Source: Thermodesulfobacteriota bacterium (lineage in GTDB: Bacteria > Desulfobacterota > Desulfobulbia > Desulfobulbales > SURF-16). Taken from it: a stretch of DNA of 19,507 nucleotides. Below the pieces are notes generated by a model. It did not search any database, was not told the origin of the DNA, and worked only from the letters and a program-made list of their open reading frames with translations. Numbering within the stretch: the stretch's first letter is position 1; each line of letters begins with the position of its first letter. Positions 8,251 to 16,038 of this stretch are shown one piece after another. Where the stretch lies: the NCBI GenBank assembly GCA_040755455.1, contig JBFMAY010000057.1, positions 1 to 19,507 on the forward strand. The letters run 5' to 3'. Position numbers and translations under genes: made by a program.

Positions 8251-8826
8251 ATGAAAGTTGTCGCATTCAACGGAAGCGCCCGCAAGGGCGGCAATACCGC
8301 CACCCTGTTGAAACAGGTGCTTGAGGAAATTGCCAAGGAAGGCATTGAAACCGAGCTGATCGAGCTGGCCGGCCGGGCCGTACCAGGCTGTATCGCCTGC
8401 TACAAATGCTTTGAGAGAAAAAACCGGCAATGCGCCGTTGATAACGATGTCATCAACGAGGCCATTGCCAGGATGAGCGAGGCTGACGGCATCCTGCTGG
8501 GCTCGCCAACCTACTTTGCCGATGTCTCCGCCTCCATGAAGGGACTGATCGAGCGCTGCGGCATGGTGTCCCGGGCCAACGGCGACATGTTCAAAAGAAA
8601 GGTGGGCGCCGGTGTGGTGGCCGTGCGCCGGGCCGGGGCTTCCCATGTCTTCAGTTCGCTTAACAATTTTTTCACCATCGGCCAGATGATCATTGTCGGC
8701 TCGACTTACTGGAACATCGGCATCGGCCGCGACCCCGGCGAGGTATTAAATGACCAGGAAGGGATTAAAACCATGCAGGACCTTGGCCGCAACATGGCCT
8801 GGCTGATCAAGAAAATCAAGGCATAG
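8251..8826 (+). CDS. Flavodoxin-family iron-sulfur flavoprotein (Isf / NADPH-dependent FMN reductase-like)
   Basis: MKVVAFNGSARKGGNT FMN-binding loop, CIACYKC-x7-C cluster motif, ADGILLGSPTYF; RBS GAGGA upstream of ATG 8251. Confidence 0.9.
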   Translation: MKVVAFNGSARKGGNTATLLKQVLEEIAKEGIETELIELAGRAVPGCIACYKCFERKNRQCAVDNDVINEAIARMSEADGILLGSPTYFADVSASMKGLIERCGMVSRANGDMFKRKVGAGVVAVRRAGASHVFSSLNNFFTIGQMIIVGSTYWNIGIGRDPGEVLNDQEGIKTMQDLGRNMAWLIKKIKA

Positions 8827-9790
8827 CAGGAGATGCCACCTCTGTCCACTCGCCGAGCCGCGCTGAACGGAGGCAGGCGTCACAAACGGACAGCGCGGCC
8901 AGTCCTTCCTCGCCGCTGACGGGATTGGCCGCCCGGCCCTGGAGAAAGGCCAGCCAGTCATGCAGCAGCGGGGCAATGGTCGGGGCAAGCGGGGCATGTT
9001 TGACCGGCTCGATGACCGCGCCCCGGATGAGCTCCAGCCGCCCATGCACCTGGTCGCCATGCAGCTCCCCCTCCAGGCCGACAAACTCATAGCGGCCGCA
9101 TCTACCCTTACCGACCTTGCTTGAATCCACCGTGCCCACCACCTTGTCCGCCATTTCCACTTGGGCGGTGAACAGGTCCTCCAGGTTGGGATTATGGATC
9201 TGATAGCGGGACGCCCTCACCCGCCTGATTTCCAGGCCGGTGATAAACCGCAGGGCATCAAACATGTGCACGGCGGTGTGCAGGATGACCCCCGCGCCCG
9301 CACTGGTCGCATCTTCCAGCCACGGCAGCGATGAAGGCTCCAGCCGCTGACTGGCGGAAAAGCTGAACAGCTGGCCCACCCTGGCCAGGTTGCGGCGCAG
9401 CCCCTGGATAATGCTGTTATAGCGCAAGGTCTGCCCCACGGTGAGGGGCAGGTCGGCATCCTTGAAAAGGGCGACCATCTCGGCAGCGCTCCTGCTGTCG
9501 GCCGCCAGGGGCTTTTCCACCAGCAGGGGCTTGCGCAACACCGCGCAGTAGCGGGCAATGGCCAGATTCAAGGCCGGGGGCGTGACACTGATAACCGCCT
9601 CAACCTGCGGATCATTCACCAGATCATGCCAGTCGGCATGATAGCGGGCATGCCACTTTCCCGCCTGTTCCATGCCGGCCTCCTCTGATCTTCGCGAGAT
9701 GGCGGCCAGCTCCATGCCGGGTACATCCCTTATGATATGTCCGGCATAACGGGAGCCATGCCTTCCCGTGCCGATAATGCCGATTTTCAT
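8816..9790 (-). CDS. Gfo/Idh/MocA family NAD(P)-dependent oxidoreductase
   Basis: MKIGIIGTGRHG Rossmann motif, LLVEKPLA, GVILHTAVHMFD; GGAGG upstream of the ATG at 9790. Confidence 0.9.
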   Translation of the reverse strand: MKIGIIGTGRHGSRYAGHIIRDVPGMELAAISRRSEEAGMEQAGKWHARYHADWHDLVNDPQVEAVISVTPPALNLAIARYCAVLRKPLLVEKPLAADSRSAAEMVALFKDADLPLTVGQTLRYNSIIQGLRRNLARVGQLFSFSASQRLEPSSLPWLEDATSAGAGVILHTAVHMFDALRFITGLEIRRVRASRYQIHNPNLEDLFTAQVEMADKVVGTVDSSKVGKGRCGRYEFVGLEGELHGDQVHGRLELIRGAVIEPVKHAPLAPTIAPLLHDWLAFLQGRAANPVSGEEGLAALSVCDACLRSARLGEWTEVASPAMP

Positions 9791-9919
9791 TGCCTGCCCT
9801 GCGCCTCCTTCCCCTCTCTCTCCTGTCAGGCTGCGGCCCGCATCCCGGTACTTTTTCCGACTATAGCAGCTCGCACGCGTTCTTGGCAAATTTCTGTAAT
9901 ACTAATAGGCAATATTACC

Positions 9920-9947
9920 TTGACGGCGACGCAAAATGCTCCATAAT
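9920..9947 (+). promoter_or_regulatory. Putative sigma70-type promoter for the SBP-hybrid kinase pair
   Basis: TTGACG (9920-9925), 16 nt, CATAAT (9942-9947) in an AT-rich divergent intergenic region. Confidence 0.4.
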
Positions 9948-10046
9948 GAGATAAGGAAAGATACTAATTATCTGCCGGAGGAACGGACTTTTGCCACCTC
10001 TTATTGTAAACGGCCTTTACCCAGCTGATACGCCAGGGGAAACACC

Positions 10047-11051
10047 ATGCTGATCAGCAAGCGGCAATGCCTCTTGATTATCCTGTTCCTGATGGCGGCC
10101 TTTTTCTGCCAGTCAGCTGCCTGGGCCGCCCCCAAGCAGGTCGTCTTTATCCGGTACAGGATTTTCCCCTCCTCTTTTGCCACGGTGGTCGAGCAGTTCA
10201 AGCAAACCATGACCATGCGCGGCTTTGTCGAGGGCCGGGACGTTGAATACATTGATGTTCAAACCAGAAGCGCGGACCAGGATTCCATCCCGGATGTCAT
10301 TGCTGCGGTGCAGCGCTATAAGGATTCCGCCGATATGTTCATCACCTGCGGCTGGATTTCCATGAATGCCCGGGAACTGCTGCGGAATAGCCGGGTCCCC
10401 CAGCTCTTTGTGCCCGTGCTCCAGTCAGTGGCCCTGACCATGCTGCCTTCGGTGCAAGCGGCGCCCGGCACCAATCTTTCCGGGCTCTATCTCATGTATC
10501 CGCCGGAAAAAATCCTGCGCATCGCCAGACTCGTTCTCCCCGAGGCAAAAAGATATGCCTATGTCTATGATTCCCGCATCCCGGCCGACCTGGTTTTCAA
10601 AAAGGGATACGAACAGCTGGCCATGGCGGACCGGCATGGCTTCACCCTCGCCCTCCTTGACCTGGCGGCGGGAGTGGAGGTGGTGGTCGAGACACTGCGC
10701 CGGGAAAAGGCTGATGCCTATGGCGGTATTGTCGGCTCCTTTCAAAACAAGGAAGCATTGTCGGCCAGCAATATTCCCCTGATAACCTCCCTGCCCCTGG
10801 ATATTGACCAGAACTCCATCAAGGATTATCTGGGCGATGATACCCTCGCCGGCCTGTTCAACCCCTTCGGCTTCTGCGGGTCCCAGGCGGCGGAAATGAC
10901 GGCCGACATCTTCAGCGGTAAAAACACCATTGAAAACACCGTGCCCCGGCCGGCCATGCAGGTGGCCTTCATCAACCTGAAGGCCGCCAGAAAACGCCAC
11001 CTGGCGATCCCTTTTGATGCCCTCGAAGCGGTCGATATCATCGTCAAATAG
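10047..11051 (+). CDS. Periplasmic ABC-type substrate-binding protein-like (ABC_sub_bind type)
   Basis: Signal peptide ending AAWA; GFVEGRDVEY, TNLSG and C-terminal FINLKAARKRHLAIP pattern typical of this family. Confidence 0.7.
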   Translation: MLISKRQCLLIILFLMAAFFCQSAAWAAPKQVVFIRYRIFPSSFATVVEQFKQTMTMRGFVEGRDVEYIDVQTRSADQDSIPDVIAAVQRYKDSADMFITCGWISMNARELLRNSRVPQLFVPVLQSVALTMLPSVQAAPGTNLSGLYLMYPPEKILRIARLVLPEAKRYAYVYDSRIPADLVFKKGYEQLAMADRHGFTLALLDLAAGVEVVVETLRREKADAYGGIVGSFQNKEALSASNIPLITSLPLDIDQNSIKDYLGDDTLAGLFNPFGFCGSQAAEMTADIFSGKNTIENTVPRPAMQVAFINLKAARKRHLAIPFDALEAVDIIVK

Positions 11052-11071
11052 CCTGGGCCCAGGAAGCAGAA

Positions 11072-13798
11072 ATGACGGAGAAAAATAAAACAGCATGCAA
11101 GTCAATCCGCACCATCTTTCTGCTGGCCATGTCCCTGCTGCTCATCCTGCTTGCCCTACCGCAATTTCTGGCCGGCAGCCGCCTGTTGCATACCATCATC
11201 TATGAACTGGGCACCGAACTCCTGAGCGAAAGGCTCACCGCCTTGATCCAGCCCATTGACCGGCGCTATGCAACCCTGCGCCGCATCGGTCTGGAAGACA
11301 GCGTCACCCATCTTGATGAAATCAGGCAAGCCGCGCTGGCCTCACTGGCCGCCACCCGCTACAAGGAAAGCGGTTCGGTTTTCGTCATCGGCCAAGACCG
11401 GACCATATATCTTTCAACCGATTTCACCGACAGCACGGCGGCAGACTTTCTGCCGTTTTTCAGCGATCTATCCAGTCATGGCGAGGGGATCATCGATTAC
11501 GAGGCAGGCGGTACCCATCGGCTGGCCGCCTATCATTTTTATCAGCCCTGGCAGAGCTATATCGGCCTGGCCATCAGCCGCGACGAGCTTTTTGCCGCCT
11601 ACAACAAATTCATCAGCATCAGTATGGTCGTGTTGGCTGCGGCAGTGGCCATTGCCTTTCTCTTCATCCTCGGCATGCAACGGCTTATTATCACCCCGAT
11701 CATGCTGCTGACCCGTTTTGCCGAAGAAATCACCGGCGGCGAGCACCCGCCCCCGGTCCAGGGGCCATTCATTCTGGAACTGGCAACCCTGAAAGACGAT
11801 GTCACCGGAATGGTGGACAGTCTGCGGCGGCAGATGGAGAAGACCTCCCTTCAGCTTGACATCATCAAACAGCGGGAAGCCGAGTTGGACAGGGCACTAA
11901 AGGCGTTGCAGGAAAGCGAAGAGCGCTACCGGACGATCTATAATGCCCCCAGCGATGGCATCTTTATCCTCGATGCCTCGACCAGCACCATTCTTGATGT
12001 CAACCAGACCATGCTGCACTTGTATGGGATTAGCCGGGAGGAGGCCCTGCAGCTCACCCTTAATGACCTGAGCGCCGGTCAGCCCCCGTACAGCCAGCAG
12101 GAAGCCGACCGGAAGATCAGGGAGGCAATTGCCCATGCTCCTCAGCTCTTTACTTGGCATGCCCGAAAAAAGGATGGTACCCTTTTCTGGATCGAGGTCT
12201 CCCTGAAGCTGATCGAGCTCAGCGGCAGTCAATTTATCATCGCCGTGGTACGGGACATCACCGACCGAAAACTGGCCGAGCAGGCCCTGGCCGCCGAAAA
12301 AGAACAGCTGGCCGTGACCCTTCGCAGCATCGGTGACGGGGTCATTACCACCGACACCCTGGGCCGGGTGGTCATGCTCAACATGGTTGCCGAAAAACTG
12401 ACCGGCTGGCCCCAGGAAGAAGCGGCAGGCAGGCCCCTGCCAGAGGTGTTCCGCATCATCAACGCCAGAACCGGCGAGCCGGTTGACAATCCGGCTGACA
12501 AGATTCTGGCTTCGGGCAATATCATCGGCCTGGCCAACCATACGGTGCTTATCGCCAGAAACGGCAGCAAGCGCCATATCGCCGACAGCGGCGCCCCCAT
12601 CATCGATCCGGACAGCCGCATCATCGGCGTTGTGCTGGTATTCAGGGACGTGACGGAAAAACTTCACTATGAACAGGAGATCCTGAAGGTCAAAAAACTC
12701 GAATCAGTCGGCGTGCTGGCCGGCGGCATCGCCCATGATTTCAACAATATTCTGACGGCAATCATGGGCAATATCACCCTGGCCAGGCGCTTTATCGACC
12801 CGGCGACCAAGGCCTTTCCCCTGCTTGATGAAGCGGAAAAGGCCTCCCTGCGCGCCAAGGGCCTGACCCAGCAGTTGCTCACCTTTGCCAAAGGCGGTTC
12901 ACCGGTCAGACAGATCAGTTCCATTGCCAGCATTATCCAGGAATGCGCCTCCTTTGCCCTGCGGGGCAGCAACGTCAGCTGTACATTCGACATGGCCGAT
13001 GACCTCTGGCTGGTCAACGTCGACCAGGACCAGATGAGCCAGGTCGTCCAGAATATGATCATCAATGCCCGCCAGGCCATGCCGCAGGGAGGAACGATCA
13101 GCATCACCTGCCGCAACCGGCCCTTGGGGGTGATCGCCGGCAATAACGCCGCCCATGATGGCGTTTCAATCATCATCCGCGACACCGGCATCGGCATCCC
13201 TGAGGAACTGCTTGATAAGATTTTTGACCCGTACTTCTCGTCAAAGGCGCACGGCAGCGGTTTGGGGCTTGCCATCTGTCACTCGATCATCCGGAATCAT
13301 GACGGATCCATCAAAGTCGCCTCCACCCCGGGACAGGGCACAAGCTTCGAAATAGTGCTGCCCGCCTGCCGGGAGGCGGTCAGCGAAGTGAAAGCAGAAG
13401 ACCATGTTGTGCTGCCGGAAAAAAAAGGCACAATTCTGGTCATGGATGATGAGGAAATTGTCAGAACCGTGGTGGAAAACATCCTGCAGCATCTCGGTTA
13501 CCAAGTCCTGCTCGCCAAAAACGGCGAGGAGGCCATTGGGCTGTACCGGCAGGCCCTCCAAGCGGGCGAAGCGATAGATGCCATTATCATGGATCTGACC
13601 ATACCGGGCGGCATGGGCGGCCACGAGGCGGCGGGGAAGATTCTGCAGATCAACCCGGCGGCCCGGGTGGTGGTGTCAAGCGGCTACGCCAATGATCCGA
13701 TCATGGCCAACTACCGGAACTACGGCTTCTGTGCGGCAGTCACCAAGCCATTCCAGCTCCAGAGCCTTATGCGGACTCTGCAGCAGGTCCTGACCTGA
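11072..13798 (+). CDS. Hybrid sensor histidine kinase/response regulator (Cache-like, HAMP, 2 PAS, HisKA, HATPase_c, REC)
   Basis: PAS segments ending RDITDRK and FRDVTE, H-box LAGGIAHDFNNILT, NMIINARQAM, DTGIGI, GSGLGL, and C-terminal receiver ILVMDDE ... IMDLTIP ... TKPF. Confidence 0.94.
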   Translation: MTEKNKTACKSIRTIFLLAMSLLLILLALPQFLAGSRLLHTIIYELGTELLSERLTALIQPIDRRYATLRRIGLEDSVTHLDEIRQAALASLAATRYKESGSVFVIGQDRTIYLSTDFTDSTAADFLPFFSDLSSHGEGIIDYEAGGTHRLAAYHFYQPWQSYIGLAISRDELFAAYNKFISISMVVLAAAVAIAFLFILGMQRLIITPIMLLTRFAEEITGGEHPPPVQGPFILELATLKDDVTGMVDSLRRQMEKTSLQLDIIKQREAELDRALKALQESEERYRTIYNAPSDGIFILDASTSTILDVNQTMLHLYGISREEALQLTLNDLSAGQPPYSQQEADRKIREAIAHAPQLFTWHARKKDGTLFWIEVSLKLIELSGSQFIIAVVRDITDRKLAEQALAAEKEQLAVTLRSIGDGVITTDTLGRVVMLNMVAEKLTGWPQEEAAGRPLPEVFRIINARTGEPVDNPADKILASGNIIGLANHTVLIARNGSKRHIADSGAPIIDPDSRIIGVVLVFRDVTEKLHYEQEILKVKKLESVGVLAGGIAHDFNNILTAIMGNITLARRFIDPATKAFPLLDEAEKASLRAKGLTQQLLTFAKGGSPVRQISSIASIIQECASFALRGSNVSCTFDMADDLWLVNVDQDQMSQVVQNMIINARQAMPQGGTISITCRNRPLGVIAGNNAAHDGVSIIIRDTGIGIPEELLDKIFDPYFSSKAHGSGLGLAICHSIIRNHDGSIKVASTPGQGTSFEIVLPACREAVSEVKAEDHVVLPEKKGTILVMDDEEIVRTVVENILQHLGYQVLLAKNGEEAIGLYRQALQAGEAIDAIIMDLTIPGGMGGHEAAGKILQINPAARVVVSSGYANDPIMANYRNYGFCAAVTKPFQLQSLMRTLQQVLT

Positions 13799-13803
13799 CA
13801 ATC

Positions 13804-15411
13804 CTAGCAACCTTGCCTATTGGTTGACTCCTCGAAAAAACAGTAGGGGTCTTTGTCCCGGAAGACGTCAAGCCCGAAGCCGTGGGCAACCGCCGGACAG
13901 CCGCCGCAGACCGGCCTGATCGGGCAGGCGGCGCAGGCCGCCGAGCCGGCGCGATATCTTTGGGCTGGCTCGCCATGGTATATCTCGTTGATACTTTGCG
14001 CAAAGACATTGCCGATGGGCGACGGCAGCTTGCGGCAGGCATGGGCCTCCCCATCCGGCAGGATGGCAAGGAAGTTGAAGGCCGCGCCGCAGCCGTGGCC
14101 GGCGCAGCCGCCGAACAGCGGCTGCTTTTCCTGGCGGAGGATGATGTTCATGAGACTATCCTTGCGGCTGATGCAGGGATTTTCCCGGGCCGCGGCCAGG
14201 TATTTCCGGAGAAAACCGGCATAGTCCTGCCGGCTTGCCGACTGGAGCGCGGCCCCTTCACCCACCATGGCAAGACGGTTGAAGGTAAACAGGTCCACCC
14301 GGTCCCGCAGCAACTCGGCCAGCGGCAGCACCTGCTCCATATTGTCCCTAGTCAGGGTCAGCATCACCATGGAGTAGATGCCAATCTCCTTCAGCACCGC
14401 GAGAAAATCCACCACCCGGGCAAAATGGCCCTTGCCGCGGATGTAGTCATTATGCTCCTGCAACCCCTCCAAACTTACCTGAAAAAACTCGGGCGTTTTT
14501 ATGGCAATGATCTTTTCCATGACGGCCCGTGGGGCGGGATTGCCAAGAATAGCCACCAGCAGATTGCGGTCCACCGCCGCCTGGTAGAGTTCCAGGAAAT
14601 GGGGATACAGCAGGGGGTTGCCGCCGGAAAATGACACCTGGCCCTGCACATGATGTTTGCTGCAGAAATCGCGCAGATCATCGAGAATGCCCAGACCCTT
14701 TGCCAGGGGCAGGGCAACCCGGTCGCTGCGGTCATAACAGTGCTTGCAGTGCAGGTCGCAGACCTGGGTGATATGCCATTGCAGGGTAAAAACCGGTGAG
14801 GAGAAATACTCGGCAGGGATATTTTCCCCGCTGGGAAATGTCCGGGGGTTACGGCGGATAGCAGGTGGGGGCTTGAGCAGGATGCCCTGTCGTGCCGCCC
14901 GGTCCAGCACCCGGTCTATCACCCCCACTGCCACATTGCCCTCTGCCGCCGCCTCCTCCGCTTTGATCTGTTCGACGACGATTTTAAGGGCCAGCAGGTC
15001 CTCGGCCCGGGCCGGCCGCATGACAACCTTGCCGGTGGCGGGCCGGCAATAGGCCAGGACAAACTCCTCCTCCGGCCGGGGCGAAAAATCATCCCGCCGC
15101 TTATGATCCGGCAGCAGTGACAATAAATTTTGCCAGCCCAGCTGCAACAGCTGCAGGGTCGGATTGACGGTGAGGTGGTCAACCAGGGGCGGAATGGCGG
15201 TAAAACCCTTTTCACGCATCTGAAAACAGGCGAGCTCAAGCCTCGCCAGTTCGGGAAAATAGGGGGGAAGCTGTAAACTGTCCTGCAGTTTGGCGATGGT
15301 TGCCGGAAAATTTTCCGGGGCAAATGCCTCGCCGTTTTCCGCAAACAGCTGCTGCCGTTGCCGGTCGTCAAGCGCGGCAAAACATGCCGGAAAAATGAGC
15401 TCAGGTTTCAT
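13804..15411 (-). CDS. sbtM: Selenobiotic-family / thio(seleno)oxazole-forming radical SAM-SPASM peptide maturase
   Basis: LQWHITQVCDLHCKHCY (CxxxCxxC), SPASM cysteines (CAGHGCGAA ... HACRKL ... CAACPIRPVCGGCPA ... DPYC), long N-terminal extension, and position directly downstream of an SbtA-like precursor. ATG 15411 is preferred over TTG 15486. Confidence 0.87.
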   Translation of the reverse strand: MKPELIFPACFAALDDRQRQQLFAENGEAFAPENFPATIAKLQDSLQLPPYFPELARLELACFQMREKGFTAIPPLVDHLTVNPTLQLLQLGWQNLLSLLPDHKRRDDFSPRPEEEFVLAYCRPATGKVVMRPARAEDLLALKIVVEQIKAEEAAAEGNVAVGVIDRVLDRAARQGILLKPPPAIRRNPRTFPSGENIPAEYFSSPVFTLQWHITQVCDLHCKHCYDRSDRVALPLAKGLGILDDLRDFCSKHHVQGQVSFSGGNPLLYPHFLELYQAAVDRNLLVAILGNPAPRAVMEKIIAIKTPEFFQVSLEGLQEHNDYIRGKGHFARVVDFLAVLKEIGIYSMVMLTLTRDNMEQVLPLAELLRDRVDLFTFNRLAMVGEGAALQSASRQDYAGFLRKYLAAARENPCISRKDSLMNIILRQEKQPLFGGCAGHGCGAAFNFLAILPDGEAHACRKLPSPIGNVFAQSINEIYHGEPAQRYRAGSAACAACPIRPVCGGCPAVAHGFGLDVFRDKDPYCFFEESTNRQGC

Positions 15412-15440
15412 GCAGGAACCGTAGTGAGAATCTGTGAAAG

Positions 15441-15473
15441 CGCAGGGGCAGGCGAGTCTCTCCTGCCCCTGCG
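15441..15473 (-). terminator. Strong intergenic stem-loop (attenuator, leaky terminator or mRNA stabiliser) between precursor and maturase
   Basis: Perfect 12-bp stem CGCAGGGGCAGG/CCTGCCCCTGCG with a 9-nt loop, followed on the minus strand by only CTTTC. Confidence 0.55.
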
Positions 15474-15525
15474 TTGAAAAAGTCAATTGGGACGAAAATG
15501 CTGCTTTTGTCCGGGAAAAATTTCT

Positions 15526-15544
15526 GCAGTGCAGACCGCACTGC
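15526..15544 (-). promoter_or_regulatory. SECIS-like hairpin for the third UGA (15561-15559), lying in the 3' UTR
   Basis: Minus strand GCAGTGC-GGTCT-GCACTGC, loop 21 nt after the UGA. Confidence 0.8.
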
Positions 15545-15864
15545 TATTTTTTACCGCCTCAGCCGCTGGAGCCGACAGGAGCCTTCTCTTTCTCCTCCTC
15601 GGGGGCAGCTGGCGCCTTTTCATCGCCGGCAACCGCGCCCTCAGCCTTTTCAGTCTCTTCCTGAGTGCTGACCGCACTCTTTTTCTTGGCGCCTCAGCCA
15701 CTGCCTGCGCTGGCTGCATCAGTCTTTTCAGTGCCAACGGCACTGTCGCCTTTGGCGCCTCAGCCACTGCCGCCAAAGGCGACACCGCTACCCATGGGCA
15801 GGCCGCTCAGCAGACCGGCAATGCCCACCCCTGCCAGAATCTTTTTCATCTCTTTTGCGTCCAT
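15544..15864 (-). CDS. sbtA: SbtA-family (selenobiotic) RiPP precursor with three selenocysteines, 106 aa; absent from the ORF track
   Basis: Manual translation: MDAKEMKKILAGVGIAGLLSGLPMGSGVAFGGSG-U-GAKGDSAVGTEKTDAASAGSG-U-GAKKKSAVSTQEETEKAEGAVAGDEKAPAAPEEEKEKAPVGSSG-U-GGKK-stop(TAG 15546-15544). Strong RBS AAGGAGG; N-terminus matches the MDxxxxKKILAGxxIAGLL pattern of the family; each TGA lies in SG-U-G. Confidence 0.9.
15663..15679 (-). promoter_or_regulatory. SECIS-like hairpin for the second UGA (15696-15694)
   Basis: Minus strand GAGTGC-GGTCA-GCACTC, loop 20 nt after the UGA. Confidence 0.78.
15686..15771 (-). repeat. 20-bp direct repeat encoding the GSG-U-GAK core
   Basis: TTGGCGCCTCAGCCACTGCC occurs at 15686-15705 and 15752-15771 (66-nt period). 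Confidence 0.9.
15729..15745 (-). promoter_or_regulatory. SECIS-like hairpin for the first UGA (15762-15760)
   Basis: Minus strand CAGTGCC-GTT-GGCACTG, perfect 7-bp stem, loop 21 nt after the UGA. Confidence 0.78.
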
Positions 15865-15949
15865 TCGTTCCTCCTTTTTCGCGGGTTTCGGCAAGGCTCA
15901 CTCGCCGTTGCCAGGTGAGACCTGCTTGCCTAACAATAAAAACAAAGAT

Positions 15950-15978
15950 ATTATCGGAATTTTCTATCTCCATGTCAA
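15950..15978 (-). promoter_or_regulatory. Putative sigma70-type promoter of sbtA-sbtM
   Basis: Minus strand TTGACA (15978-15973), 17 nt, GATAAT (15955-15950), about 85 nt upstream of the sbtA ATG. Confidence 0.6.
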
Positions 15979-16038
15979 GTTTTATACAAAAAACCTTTTT
16001 CATTCGTATCTTACCGTAAAAATGGTAAATTAAGGGCC

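Noticed and set aside
9905..9960. GGCAA ... GACGCAAAA resembling a c-di-GMP-I riboswitch (also GGCAAAC near 610)
   Set aside because: No GNRA-capped P2 stem or P3 stem could be formed; the 9920 region fits a promoter better.
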